DNA of 64,000 nucleotides from assembly GCA_964016885.1 (NCBI GenBank), contig OZ024760.1, positions 27,218,001 to 27,282,000 on the forward strand, written 5' to 3'. Both the position numbers and the translations under genes were made by a program. The notes under the pieces were generated by a model, which was given only the letters and a program-made list of their open reading frames with translations, did not search any database and was not told the DNA's origin. Below are positions 1 through 13,039 of the stretch, piece by piece. How positions within the stretch are numbered: position 1 is the stretch's first letter; every line of letters starts with the position of its first letter. The stretch is from Eledone cirrhosa (Eukaryota).

Positions 1-100
1 ATATATATACATATATATACATATATATACATATACATATATATATATATATATACATATATATACATATATATATACACACATATATACATACATATAC

Positions 101-151
<51 letters not shown>

Positions 152-893
152 TATATATACATATATATACACACATATATATATATATACATATATACAC
201 ACATATACATATATATATACATATATACACACACATATACATATATATATACATACACATGTATATGTGTGTGTATGTATATGTGTATATATATGTGTAT
301 ATGTGTGTATATATGTATGTATATGTATATGTATATGTATATATATATATGTATATATATATGTATATATATATGTATATATATATGTGTATATATATGT
401 GTGTATATATATGTGTATATATATGTATATATATATGTATATATATGTATTTATATATATGTATATATATATATGTATATATGTATATATATATATATGT
501 ATGTATATATATGTATATAAATGTATATAAATGTATATATATATATATGTATATATATGTATATATATATGTGTGTGTATATATGTATATATATATGTAT
601 ATGTGTGTATATATGTATATATGTATATATATATATATATGTGTGTGTGTGTATGTATATATATATATACATACATACATACATACATATATATATATAT
701 GTGTATATATATATATGATATATATATATATATATATATGATATATATATGATATATATATATATGATATATGATATGATATATATACATATATACATAT
801 ATATAAATATATATACACACAGACACACATATATATATATTCATATATAATATCATATATCTATACATACATATATATATATATATATATACA

Positions 894-928
<35 letters not shown>

Positions 929-930
929 GT
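1..930. repeat. Compound (TA)n/(CA)n/(TACA)n microsatellite
   Basis: Directly visible. It changes from ACAT-type to ATGT-type units near 259. Similar tracts occur throughout, e.g. 14310-14740, 15175-16255, 30210-30820, 36310-36770, 50355-50730, 60695-61620. Confidence 0.97.
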
Positions 931-1148
931 CTCTCCTTGAAACAAACAAGCTAGTCTGTATAACTGTATAATAGAAACTAAAAGAACAATGTGGAGGAGA
1001 GAAAGACATAGTAGCAACATATACAGCCATTTGATATCGTGGCAACAAGTATATATTTATAAAAAAGTAAATAGAATAAAAAAAATAATAATAAATAAAA
1101 TATATAAAAGTTTTTTTTTTTTTAAATAAAAAAAAAGATATAAAAAGT

Positions 1149-1157
1149 GCCACGTCA
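1149..1157 (-). promoter_or_regulatory. Candidate UPRE / CREB3-XBP1-type site (TGACGTGGC)
   Basis: GCCACGTCA on + in short non-repetitive sequence ~3.8 kb upstream of the first coding exon. Motif match only. Confidence 0.3.
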
Positions 1158-1385
1158 GCGACTTCAGGCAGAATCTTCAGCCATTCAAAGATGGAAGAGA
1201 ATTCTTCGTTTCGTTCGCTTTTTCTTCTTATCAGTGGCATAGAGTGACAGAGGGTAGCTACAAGGGTGCAATAATGAGGTATCTAAGGGCTTTAAAGGAG
1301 GGGGTACTTTAAGAGTGGTTCTGGAGGACGCATGAGTGGTGAGGATAGCTACTTGGGAGTACTGGTGGCAAGGAAGGGCTGACAT

Positions 1386-2330
1386 AGGCAGTATCGGTAG
1401 AGGGTCGGACGCCATGCTTTCCAGCATAGTTACATCCCTTTACGATCTGAGTTCAAATCCCGCCGAGGTTGACTTTGCCTTTCATCCTTACGGGGTCGAT
1501 AAAATAAAGTACCAGTAATGCACTGGGTAATTGCTGGCCTTGTGCCTAAAGTAGAAACAATTATTAGGTAGCATATGATGTGAGTTCAAATCCCACCGAG
1601 GTTAACCTTGCCTTTCATCCTTACGGGGGGTCGATAAAATAAAATACCAGTAATACACTGGGATAATTGCTGGCCTTGTGCTGCCAAAAGTAGAAACAAT
1701 TACTAGCGGCATAGAGTTACGGGCCTTTACGTTCTGAGTTCAAATCCTGCTGAGGTTTAGCTTTGCTTTTTTTTTTTTGTCATCCTTACGGCGGGGGAGG
1801 GGGGGCGATAAAATAAAGTACCAGTAATGCATTCGGGTCGATTTAATCGACTCTCCCCTCTTCCTATAGTAGAAACCCAGTAATCGATAAAGCGTCGGAC
1901 GATATGCTTAGTGGCATAGAGTTACGGCCCATTACGTTCTGTGTCTATACTAGAAATCATTATCAGTATCGGTGGAGCATCGCACAATATTGCTTAGCGG
2001 CATAGAGTTACGGCCCTTTACACTCTGAGTTCAAATCCCACCGATGTTAACCTTACGGTGAGAGTCGATAAAATAAAGTACCAGTAATGCACTTGGGTCG
2101 ATTTAATCGAGTTTCCCTTCCCTCCCACAAAAAAATTATTGGCCTTGTGCCTATAATAGAAACTCAGTATCGGTAGATGGTCGGACACCATGTTTTGCAG
2201 CATAGAGTTACGGCCCTTTACGGTCTGAGTTCAAATCCCGCCGAGGTTAACTTTGTCTTTCCATGCTTACGGGGTCGATAAAATAAAGTGGTATAATTGC
2301 TGGCCTTTTGCCAAAAGCAGAAACAATTAT
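1386..2330 (+). mobile_element. Cluster of tRNA-derived SINE copies (family 1)
   Basis: Repeated unit ggcagtatcggtagag...ctgagttcaaatcccgccgagg (B-box-like GAGTTCAAATCC)...ctttgcctttcatccttacggggtcgataaaataaagtaccagt...ttgctggccttgtgcc, about 5-6 full or partial tandem copies. Confidence 0.85.
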
Positions 2331-2973
2331 TTTATCCATCATCACCCCGTGCCTAAATCACTGTTTGGGATTTCGTTTCGTTCGCTATAAAATCTCCACA
2401 CCTAGTTTTATATCTCACTTATACAAACCATCCCCTCTCCCTTTCTCCGTTTCGGCTACTGTCTCATTTTCTACTTTCCCCTCTCTCAAGCACCTTGCAT
2501 TTCACGCCTCCGTTCCTACTGTTACTAATCTATTTATCCATCTATCTATCGATCTATTTCTTCAATTTTTCCATCTCTCATCCTATTTTTCTTGTTTTCC
2601 TCAATTTTTCTCGCTTCCAAACTCGCTATTTCACTCTCTCTTTAGTCTATATCTATCTATTCTCTACACTGATTTTGTTTACTCTTTCTCCTCAGTCAGT
2701 CAATCTCTCTCTCTCTCTCTCTATCTATCTTTTCATTTATTTTATACTCTCTCCATCACTGTCGTCTCTCTCTCTCTCTTAACCTTTCCTACATACACAT
2801 TTTCTACATAACATTTCGCTTCCTCAATAACTAAAACATTTTCACCCTCTCTCCTCTTTCGCTCACTGTAAATATTTTGGTCTCTCTCTCTCTCTCTTTA
2901 TCTATCTACTTCTCCGTCAGTGTTAACGCCCCCCCTCTCTAATCTCTTCTCTCTCTTTATTTCTCCGTATATA

Positions 2974-3007
<34 letters not shown>

Positions 3008-3080
3008 ATTCACATACTGACAAATGTAAATAAATGAATTAATACTGTTTAAACTTTCTCTTCTCTCTCTCCCTCCTTAT

Positions 3081-3113
<33 letters not shown>

Positions 3114-3831
3114 CACAATTTCTCTGTCACACTTCTCACCGTCCCTCTCTCTGTTTCTCCACCCAATTCTTCCTATTTTAGCACCAAGACCATTTCGTCA
3201 GAACCACTTCGGGCTTTCACAGCACTTTTTTTTAAAGAAAAATAATAATAACAATAATAACAATAATAATTAACGAAAACACGAAAAGAAAAGCCAAAAC
3301 TACAATTATTTATAGTTGAACTTTTTCGGAGGAAAAAAAAAGCAAAAAAGTTCGTCAGACTCGCAACTCTTAATTCTAATCATTTACTATGACTGTTGGT
3401 GCATTTGTTGGTAGTAGTTATACTATTGAGGAAGATGTAATATTTATTTAATTAATTAATTCTAGAGCCTGTTATACTAATTAATCAGCTTCTGGTCGCT
3501 TCATCTTATGTGTTTAGCTCAGATCTACATATAAAATACTCGATCTTACTTCGTAAGGCAGTCATACGCATAATTCTCATTCCTTTTCTGCCACGATCTT
3601 ATATATATATATATATATATATACTGTACATACATATATACAAGATATATTATATATATACATATATATTATATACTTTTCTTTTTCTTCTTGAGGTTTA
3701 ATCTTGCCCTATAAGAAAGTCACCTTCTATATTTCTCACCTCGTCACAAACTCTTCTCTCTTACTTTACTTTTTTTAAAATCTATCTTTCCATCTCAACT
3801 TTTTACTCGCCCGGTTTCCGTCTTGTCTTTT

Positions 3832-3870
<39 letters not shown>

Positions 3871-4437
3871 ACACACACGCATTCATCACCTCGTCTACAC
3901 ATACCTTTCTTTCCTTCCTTCCTTCGTTCTTGGGTCACTTTCTCTTCATTTCCTCGTATTTCACATCAAACTCCTCCCTAAAACACACACACACACACTT
4001 AGACACAAAGCATAGATCTCCCGACAAGGTTATCATCATCATCATCACCATAATTACCTTTACTACCAGTAGTAGTCTTACTATTATCGCCTCTACTACC
4101 CCTATTAAACTACTACTACTGCTACTACTACTACTATAGTTTTCTAGAAACAAAAACATTGTCAACGACACGAGAAAACGAAAAAATACAAAAGAAGCAT
4201 CGCTACTGTTAACTATATATATACTAATAAACTACCAACCACCACCAGCTAACAACTCAGCGGAGCCAAAAACAACAACAACAACAGTAACAACATTAGT
4301 CAGTGCCACTAACCACACCACCACCACCCACCATCATCACCACAACCACCACCAACATCTACACCAAGTCTTTTCCTTCTTCTTCAATCTAGAAGGAATA
4401 CACATCAAATATATATATTGCACGTACACACAACCAT

Positions 4438-4490
<53 letters not shown>

Positions 4491-4977
4491 TGCGCGTACA
4501 CACTACCGTCATATATATACAAATAGCACGTACACACAACCATCTTATATACATAGCCCATATACACACCCGTCATATATCTATATATATATATATATAC
4601 ATAGCCAGCCCACACATCACACACATATATATATATATATATAGCCAGCGCACACATCACACATCATATATATATATATACATAGCCAACACACACATCA
4701 CACATATATATATACATAGCCAGCACACACATCACACATCATATATATATATATATATATACATAGCCAGCACACACATCACACATCATATATATATATA
4801 TATATACATAGCCAGCACACACATCACACATCATATATATATACATAGCCAGCACACACATCACACATCATATATATATATATATATATACACAGCCAGC
4901 ACACACACCATATATATATCATATTCCCACATCATACCACAGCACACACTTTTGTAGGTTGACTAGAAAAACCGAAA

Positions 4978-5153
4978 ATGTTTCTTCTCGCACATGTGTG
5001 TCTATGTTTCTTGTTGGCCGTGCAAACGGTTCGTTCGGAGCTTTTCACAGCCATGGTGGAACTAGAAAAGGCCCTTCAAACGGAACAGGAGATTGCACTT
5101 CTACTGAAAGATTACATTGCCAACGAGGAAGAACGACTGATGCATCTAAAGAG
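4978..5153 (+). CDS. P4HA: Prolyl 4-hydroxylase alpha subunit, first coding exon (signal peptide and N-domain start)
   Basis: Acceptor tttgtag ends at 4957 and the ATG is at 4978. It reads MFLLAHVCLCFLLAVQTVRSELFTAMVELEKALQTEQEIALLLKDYIANEEERLMHLK, a hydrophobic signal peptide followed by a typical P4HA N-terminus. Donor AG|GTAAGC at 5154 (phase 2). Not in the ORF track. Confidence 0.9.
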
Positions 5154-5369
5154 GTAAGCAAAAAAAAAAAAAAAAAGAAATCATATCAACCAAGCGACCC
5201 TTCGCCCCTCCTGCCCTCCTCCATTTACGATCGACCACCTTTCCAATTACAACACACCTATTCATTCATTGTTGGTACGCTTCGATGGTTATTTCGGTGG
5301 AAGGGAAGGGATATGGTAAGGTTGTTGTTGCTGTTATGGTAGTGGTGGTGGTTATATTATGGTATGTTT

Positions 5370-6424
5370 GATATTTAGCCCCAGGTCAGTCTCGATTGTT
5401 AAACAAACAGGATCAAAGACGTTCTAGCCGTGACCACACTACAAAATCTCTCTCTCTATCTATCTCGCTCTCTATTTATCTCTCTATCTCTCTCTCTCTC
5501 TGCTTTTCTTAAGATAGGAAGTTGGTGTGATTTGGAAGAAAATAAGGCTGCTATTTCTAGCAGGTCGATCGACCACATAGACTTTTCTGTCATTGTTGAT
5601 ATTTAGCCCTAGGTCAGTCTAGATTGTTGAGCAAATATAGGATCAAAGACGTTCTTGCCGTGACCACACCACAAAATCTCTCATTCTTTGCTTTTCGTTT
5701 CGTTAAATAAGAAGTTGGTGTGAAGTGGAAGAAAATAAGGCTGCTATTTCTAGCAAGTCGATCGACCACATACAGACTTTTCTGTCAATGTTGATATTTA
5801 GCCCCAGGTCAGTCTAGATTGTTAAACAAACAGGATCAACGACGTTCTAACCGCGACCACACCACAAAATCTATCTATCTATCTATTTGCTTTTCGTAAG
5901 AAAGGAAGTTGATGTGATATCGAAGAAAATAAAGCTGCTATTTCTAGCAAGTCGATCAACCACATGCAGACTATTCTGTCAATGTTGATATTTAACCCCA
6001 GGTCAGTCTAGATTGTTAAGCTAACATAGCATCAACGACGTTCTAGCCGTGACCACAAAGTCTATACTCTTAGTATCTTCTGTTTATTTCTTAAGAAACT
6101 GTTTATGTGATTTTTGAGAGAAATTTGGCTGCTATTTCTAGCAAGTCAGTCGATCAGGTCGAGGCTCTTCCGTCGTTGTTTAACCCCAGGTCAGTCCTAT
6201 TCGAGCAAAGATGGGATCGAAGACATTCTAGCCATGACCACAACATCTCTTTTCTCTATATAGTATTCCTCTCTTAAGATGGGAAACTTGACTGCTACTT
6301 TTAGCAGGTCGATAAACCATATATATGTTCTTCCGTCCCAGGTCAGTCAAGTCCCGATGGAGCAAACTTAGAATCAAAGGCGCTCTTGCCGTGACAATCA
6401 CGTTTTTCTCTCTCTAGATAGTGA

Positions 6425-6463
<39 letters not shown>

Positions 6464-6566
6464 GTTTATCCCGGGTTCAATCGGGGGTAACAACAGTAAG
6501 TAAGGTACTCAGTCGGCTCTCCTGATGATTTCTCCCGAATGAAACAGTTCTAGTCCTGTAGAAGCC

Positions 6567-6615
<49 letters not shown>

Positions 6616-7035
6616 CATGTGTGTGTGTATTTAAAAGCGATGCAATTTAAAATACATTTGGCTGCTATTTCTAGCAGGTTGTTCGACGAGGTACAGCTCT
6701 CTTCGTTGTTGTTTACTCGGGGGGTCAGCCCCGATTGTGCTGACAATAATTCAAAGTCGTTCTAGCCGTGACATTCACGTCATTGTCCAGACAGTAGCTT
6801 ACATTATTCAATGCATCTTTCTCTCTTTTTTTTAAAGCATTAAGGTAAGATTTAAGGGAGATTTAGCCGCTATTTTTAACAGGTCGGGCGACTACGTCAG
6901 GCTTTTTGTCGTTGTTATTTAGCCCCAGGTCAATCCTGACGGGGCATCCCTAGGATTAAAGGCATTCCAGTCATTACCATCCCGTCATTTTTAAGGGTAC
7001 ATCACTTGAGGTATTCTTTCTTGCAACCCCTCCCT
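5370..7035 (+). repeat. Degenerate tandem array of a ~190-230 bp dispersed repeat
   Basis: Recurring tttagccccaggtcagtc...gatcaaagacgttctagccgtgacc...ggctgctatttctagcaggtcga. The same motif recurs at ~51595 and 52360-52690. Confidence 0.8.
6515..6566 (+). ncRNA. Type I hammerhead ribozyme motif, family A
   Basis: GGCU(C)UC-CUGAUGA-U UUC[UCCC]GAA U-GAAACAG[UUCUAGUC]CUGUA^GAAGCC: complete core, stems I-III pairable, predicted cleavage after 6560. It lies in an element (6463-6572) between (TA)n tracts whose left part is an inverted copy of the element's 3' tail. Confidence 0.75.
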
Positions 7036-7040
7036 TCCAA

Positions 7041-7742
7041 GACGGTATATTATGATTTTAGGGAGAATTGGCTGCTATTTCTAGCACGAAGACGGTATAT
7101 TATGATTTTAGGGAGATTTGGCTGCCATTTCTAGCACGAAGACGGTATATTATGATTTTAGGGAGATTTGGCTGCTATTTCTAGCACGAAGACGGTATAT
7201 TATGATTTTAGGGAGATTTGGCTGCCATTTCTAGCACGAAGACGGTATATTATGATTTTAGGGAGATTTGGCTGCCATTTCTAGCACGAAGACGGTATAT
7301 TATGATTTTAGGGAGATTTGGCTGCCATTTCTAGCACGAAGACGGTATATTATGATTTTAGAGGGGATCGGCTGCCATTTCTAGCACGAAGACGCTATAT
7401 CATGGTTTTAGGGAGAGCTGGCTGCCATTTCTAGCACAAAGACAGTAGATTAGGATTTTAGGGAGATCTGGCTGCAATTTCTAGCACGAAGACGGTATAT
7501 TAGGATTTTAGGGAGAATTGGCTGGTATTTCTAGCTCGAAGAGGCTATATTATGATTTTAGGGAGATTTAGCTGTCATTTCTAGCACAAAGACGGTAGAT
7601 TAGCATTTTAGGGAGATCTGGCTGCCATTTCTAGCACAAAGACAGTAAATTATGATTTTAGGGAGATCTGGCTGCTATTTCTAGCACAAAGACGGTATAT
7701 TAGGATTTTAGGGAGATCTGGCTGCCATTTCTAGCACAAAGA
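7041..7742 (+). repeat. 50-bp minisatellite (~14 copies)
   Basis: Unit gacggtatattatgattttagggagatttggctgccatttctagcacgaa with 50-bp period (7091, 7141...). Derived from part of the adjacent dispersed repeat. Confidence 0.95.
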
Positions 7743-8052
7743 TGGCCGGGGGGGGGGGGGCTTCCTTAATGGCTACAAAATGGTGATATATTCTTTGTTT
7801 TGTTTTGTTTGTGTGTGAGGAGGGTATTTTTTTTTATTTACTAAGTTGGTTTATAAACCATTGAAATTCACATAAATGTCGGCTCTGGTTATTGGCATTC
7901 TCTATGTGTACACGTGTTTATATATATAACCAAAGATTCATATGGTTCGTTGATTATTCAACGAATACAATATTAAAATAGATTAGAAGCACTCAACAGA
8001 AGATTTCCCTGGAGTGTTTAATATTATTCAAAATATTCTCATAATCAAAATA

Positions 8053-8379
8053 TCATTTTACGTCCACTTTTCCCTGCTTGCAAGGGTGGGACGGGAACTG
8101 ATTCTGGCTTGATTTCTACAGCTGGATGCCCTTCCTAACACCAACCTCATTTACAGTGTGGGCTGGGTGCTTTTTTGCCGTGGCACCTCCACGACCACTT
8201 TGCAGTGGAATAATATGGACCCCAGTCCCTATCATCTCATTTCTACAGCTGAGTAAACTGGAGCAATGTGAAATAAAGTGTCTTGCTCAAGGAAACAACA
8301 CATCACCCGGTCTGAGAATTGAACTCACAACCTTTCGATTGTAAGGCCAATGCTCTAACCAGTAAGCCATGTGCCTCCG
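8053..8379 (-). mobile_element. tRNA-derived CORE-like SINE with RTE-type 3' tail (family 2)
   Basis: On the - strand: a tRNA-like head ggaggcacatggctta.tggttagagcattgg...gagttcaattc, a CORE-like ccttgagcaagacactttatttcac, and a tail gttggtgttaggaagggcatccagc...ggacgtaaaatga shared with the RTE 3' ends in this window. Confidence 0.85.
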
Positions 8380-8624
8380 TATATATTTTATTATATATAT
8401 TTCAAAGGTACAATGGTGTTTAAGTACGTTTTCATCAGACAAAATATAGGATTTTATATGTGACATACCGCTACAGTTTTGATTATTCAATTCCAAGACT
8501 CCCAATACTGGAATTGAATAATCAAAACTGTAGCGGTATGTCACATATCAAATCCTATATTTTGTCTGATGAAAACGTACTTAAACACCATTGTACCTTT
8601 GAAATATGTATAATAAAATATATA
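8380..8624. mobile_element. Fold-back element with two inverted hammerhead motifs (family B; Penelope-like pLTR remnant)
   Basis: ~115-bp near-perfect inverted arms (8380-8495, 8509-8624) around a 13-nt loop. The + arm reads UAUAUUUUGU-CUGAUGA(8566)...GAAAUAUGUAUA^AUAAAAUAUA. The left arm continues at 7920-8052 beyond the SINE. Confidence 0.75.
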
Positions 8625-8660
8625 TTTTGATTATGAGAATATTTTTCATTTAACATTTTT

Positions 8661-8764
<104 letters not shown>

Positions 8765-8927
8765 AGAGTTAAACAAGATTCAATGAATACATCAAAGAAT
8801 GAGTTTTACAATAGATTGGAAGCACTCTACAGTTGTTTTTCCAGAGTTATTAACATTAATTCAAAATATTAACAAAATAGATATTCTTGTGATCAATTAT
8901 ATTGTCAGGGTATGTCATGTATCATTT

Positions 8928-8994
8928 TATTTTATCTGATGAGGACGTACTGTTGAACTTAATTCAGTACCTCTGAAATATGTATAATAAAATA
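8928..8994 (+). ncRNA. Hammerhead ribozyme motif, family B variant
   Basis: UAUUUUAU-CUGAUGA-GGAC GUACUG[12 nt]CAGUAC CUCU-GAAAUAUGUAUA^AUAAAAUA, with a perfect 8-bp stem I. The element 8762-9040 has inverted terminal segments and (TA)n flanks. Confidence 0.72.
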
Positions 8995-9034
8995 TAATTG
9001 ATCACAAGAATATCTATTTTGTTAATATTTTGAA

Positions 9035-9078
<44 letters not shown>

Positions 9079-10042
9079 CATTTTCGCTCTACATGGCTGA
9101 ATACAATAAATGTAATCTGAGTTTTTCGAATATTAATAATAACATTCGATTCATTTGCAATTATGCAAACAAGCCTCATTTTTATAGCCTTATCAGTAGA
9201 ATGAACTCTTCATTCTTGCTCTTGTGTTGGCATGTAAACACAAGAGCAAGAATGAAGAGTTCATTCTACTGACATGGCTATAAAAATGAGGCTTGTTTGC
9301 ATAATTGCAAATGAATCGAATGTTATCATTAATATTCAAAAAACTCACATTACATTTATTATATAGATATATATATATATATATATATATATAGTAATAA
9401 TAATAAATGCGAAGACTAAAATCCAAAGAAGGCTCGATAAGGATAAATATATATCAAATAAATAAGAACCATAGAGCAAATATTTATTAAAATAACAGAT
9501 TAAAGTTTAAGCAAAGATCCTGTTAAGGGTGAAAGCAGCAATTCTTTGCTTAAACTTTAATCTGTTATTTTAATAAATATATAATATATATATATATATT
9601 AATGATTAGATACTTTAAACAATCTTTGATTGTCATTTACATTGTGTATATATATATATATATATCATCATCATCATCGATTAATGTCTATCTTCCCTGC
9701 TAGCATGGGTTAGACGGGTCCCATTTAGAGGCAAGTTGGGTTGTGTTGGGTGACCATGTCTTGCTCATATAGGAGTGTTTCTGGCTGGTTTTCTACGGCT
9801 GAATGTCCTTCCTAACACCAACCACTTTACAGTGTGTGGGCTGGGTGCTTTTTACCATGTCTTTTACACGACCACTATACAGTGTGGACTGGGTACATAT
9901 ATATACAGATGCATACCTATGCTAGCAAATATATAGGTTTTGTCTTAGTAACTTTGTGGTTCAATGCAAGGGGATGCAGAACAATTATATGAAAGACGTA
10001 AAATAAGAAAATTATAAAAATTAACTTACTTACTAAAATTTC

Positions 10043-10123
10043 ACTCCAACTAATTAGTTTCTGAAAGGGAATAAACATGGTGTCCGAATGGAACATGGAG
10101 AATACCTTTCGTCATCAGGAAGT
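10043..10123 (-). ncRNA. Hammerhead ribozyme motif, family G
   Basis: On the - strand: ACUUC-CUGAUGA-C GAAAGG...CCUUUC A-GAAACUAAUUAGUU^GGAGU. Stem III is the palindrome ACUAAUUAGU. Confidence 0.68.
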
Positions 10124-10148
10124 CAATTCTCAGCTAAGTTCCCAGGCG

Positions 10149-10370
10149 ATGCGTGGACACAGGGAACTTATATAAAAATAATTCAGTGGATGGAAAAAGC
10201 TTATTAACACCCCACTCTTCACTGATTAACCTCGATGTCACGTGATTGATTCTTTTGAATTTGCCCCCGACAAGTAGGCAGTGATTTTTTCAATGTCCTG
10301 GAATTTAGTCCTCGCTTGCTTTTTTCCATCCACTGAATTATTTTTATATAAGTTCCCTGTGTCCACGCAT
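10149..10370. repeat. ~52-bp inverted repeat pair next to the family G hammerhead
   Basis: atgcgtggacacagggaacttatataaaaataattcagtggatggaaaaagc (10149-10200) and its reverse complement at ~10318-10370. Confidence 0.85.
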
Positions 10371-10548
10371 AAATACGTTCACAACATCAATATATATGTA
10401 TCTATATGATTGTTCAGTTGAATAGGAGGTTAATTTATATGTACAAACATTGCTAATGCTCTGACACTCCATACGATAGTTTGGAAGAAACGATTGTCAG
10501 CAATAAAATGATTTGAACATAACTTTGATAATTGTGTAATTTATTTGA

Positions 10549-10607
<59 letters not shown>

Positions 10608-10994
10608 TATATATATATATATATATATATATGAGTACACATATATATATATATATATGAGTATATATGTCCAATGGCAGTGGATATGATACAACACTGA
10701 CAGGAGATGTATCTCTCGTTGGTCAACTGCTGACCGGTGCGGATGACAATGTAGAGGGAGATGAAGACAGACACTGCACGGATGCTGAGAGAGATATTCT
10801 TGGAGTGGGGTCCTGTGGAGAGATAATGGATAACAGCATGGCATTTCACTTGGAGGTGTTGATGTTTGATTGGTGGAATGTGGGTCCCTTCTTCAGAGTA
10901 GAAATGGGATCGGTGGAGAGACATCATCGCATGATGAAAGACATGGCGGAGTGGGGGAGACATTTAAACAATGGAGGTGGTGTTGTAGTACAAC

Positions 10995-12005
10995 ATGTCA
11001 CCTCAGGTGTGACAGGCTGAGGAGTTGGTGCCATATAGGGTGATATATAGAGATGTAACCTCAGGTGTGACAGGCTGAGGAGTTGGTGCCATATAGGGTG
11101 ATATATAGACATGTCACCTCAGGTGTGACAAGGTGAGGAGTTGCTGTTACATAGGGCATTATATAGACATATTACCTCAGGTGTGACAAGGTGAGGAGTT
11201 GCTGTCACATAGGGCGATATATAGACATGTCACCTCAGGTGTGACAGGCTGAGGAATCAGTGTCACATAGGGCAATGGATAGACATGTACCTCAGGTGTG
11301 ACAAGGTGAGGAGTTGGTGTCACATCGGGCAATAGATAGACATGTCACCTCAGGTGTGACAAGGTGAGGAGTCAGTGTCACATAGGGCAATATATAGAGA
11401 TGTCACCTCAGGTGTGACAGACCAAGGAGTCAGTGTCACATAGGGTGATATATATTAGATATGTCACCTCAGGTGTGACAGCCCAAGGAGTCAGTGTCAC
11501 ATAGGGTGATATATATTAGAGATGTCACCTCAGGTGTGACAGGCCAAGGAGTCAGTGTCACATAGGGTGATATATATTAGAGATGTCACCTCAGGTGTGA
11601 CAGGCCAAGGAGTCAGTGTCACATAGGGTAATATATATTAGAGATGTCACCTCAGGTGTGACAGCCCAAGGAGTCAGTGTCACATAGGGTGATATATATT
11701 AGAGATGTCACCTCAGGTGTGACAGGCCAAGGAGTCAGTGTCACATAGGGTGATATATATTAGAGATGTCACCTCAGGTGTGACAGACCAAGGAGTCAGT
11801 GTCACATAGGGGGATATATATTAGAGATGTGACCTCAGGTGTGACAGACCAAGGAGTCAGTGTCACATAGGGTGATATATATTAGATATGTCACCTCAGG
11901 TGTGACAGACCAAGGAGTCAGTGTCACATAGGGTGATATATATTAGAGATGTCACCTCAGGTGTGACAGGCCAAGGAGTCAGTGTCACATAGGGCAATAT
12001 ATAGA
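10995..12005 (+). repeat. ~57-61 bp minisatellite with internal palindrome
   Basis: Unit tgtcacctcaggtgtgacaggccaaggagtcagtgtcacatagggtgatatatattagaga, about 17 copies. Confidence 0.95.
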
Positions 12006-12019
12006 TATGAATAGCAACA

Positions 12020-13037
12020 TCCGTGCAGGTTATTACAACAACCTGTGGAGGAAAGAGAGGTTGCATTCGTACAAGTGGACAAATAAGTCTGGATCAAGCC
12101 CCCGAAGGCTCGTTACACATCTCAATAGGGAAAGGGAATGGTAACAGCTGTAAATTCCTGAAACATCATGTCTGCGGACGGAATGCCACGTCACGCCGTG
12201 GATGTCCATAAGAGTCGTTGATTTGACGGACTTCGAAGGAGAGGAGAACAAAAACGCTGCCCTAAACTGTGCGGAGATCATAACAGGAATGTCGCTCACC
12301 CAGGTGGATGACGGTCTTTGACATGGAGTGATATGATGGGTTGATTGGTCCTTGAGATCATGGGGCATGTGGGGTGCTAGGGTGCCAAAAATACAGGCGT
12401 GGTCTTGCTGGAAGTACAAGGGTGGTCATGCTGGAAGTACAAGGGTGGTCTTGCTGGAAGTACAAGGGGGGGTCTTGCTGGAAGTACAAGGGAGAGTCTT
12501 GCTGGAAGTACAAAGGTGGTCTTGCTGGAAGTACAAGGGGGGGTCTTGCTGGAAGTACAAGGGGTGGTCTTGCTGGAAGTACAAGGAGGAGTCTTGCTGG
12601 AAGTACAAGGGGGGGTCTTGCTGGAAGTACAAGGGAGAGTCTTGCTGGAAGTACAAAGGTGGTCTTGCTGGAAGTACAAGGGGGGGGGGGTCTTTCTGGA
12701 AGTACAAGGAGGAGTCTTGTTGGAAGTACAAGGGGGGGGGGGTCTTGCTGGAAGTACAAGGGGGAGTCTTGCTGGAAGTACAAGGGGTGGGGGGGTCTTG
12801 CCAGAAGCAAGGTTCCAGCGACTCACAACAGAGTTCCAACAACTGTTGGAGCCTCACCGAAATTTCATCGGAGAAACCCTTCACAAATGCCATCCGCACA
12901 TGGCAAGCAACTACAGGGAGCTGAAGCCTAATATAATTTGCTATCGATGTAAGCGAGGAGGCCACATTGCCAATTGCAACCAGGGAAATGGTCAAAGGGG
13001 AGTTACTGCAGCAGTAGCTACCTCCAGAAGCGAGTAG
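12020..13037 (+). mobile_element. Degraded gag-like LTR retrotransposon remnant interrupted by a ~21-24 bp minisatellite
   Basis: Zinc-knuckle-like IICYRCKRGGHIANC near 12935-12980. ggtcttgctggaagtacaagg repeats at 12400-12810. Confidence 0.5.
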
Positions 13038-13039
13038 AG

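Noticed and set aside
259-828. Long Y/I/M/C/V/H/T-rich ORFs here and throughout the ORF track
   Set aside because: They are translations of (TA)/(CA)/(TG) microsatellites that happen to lack stops, not genes.
4959-5342. 127-aa ORF overlapping exon 1
   Set aside because: Wrong frame. The real coding frame starts at ATG 4978 and splices at 5153.
5370-6410. Tandem ~200-bp units as a retrozyme-like multimer
   Set aside because: No intact ribozyme core was found in the units; kept only as a repeat.
10995-12810. Regular repeats resembling a CRISPR array
   Set aside because: No unique spacers and no cas genes, in a eukaryotic intron; these are minisatellites.
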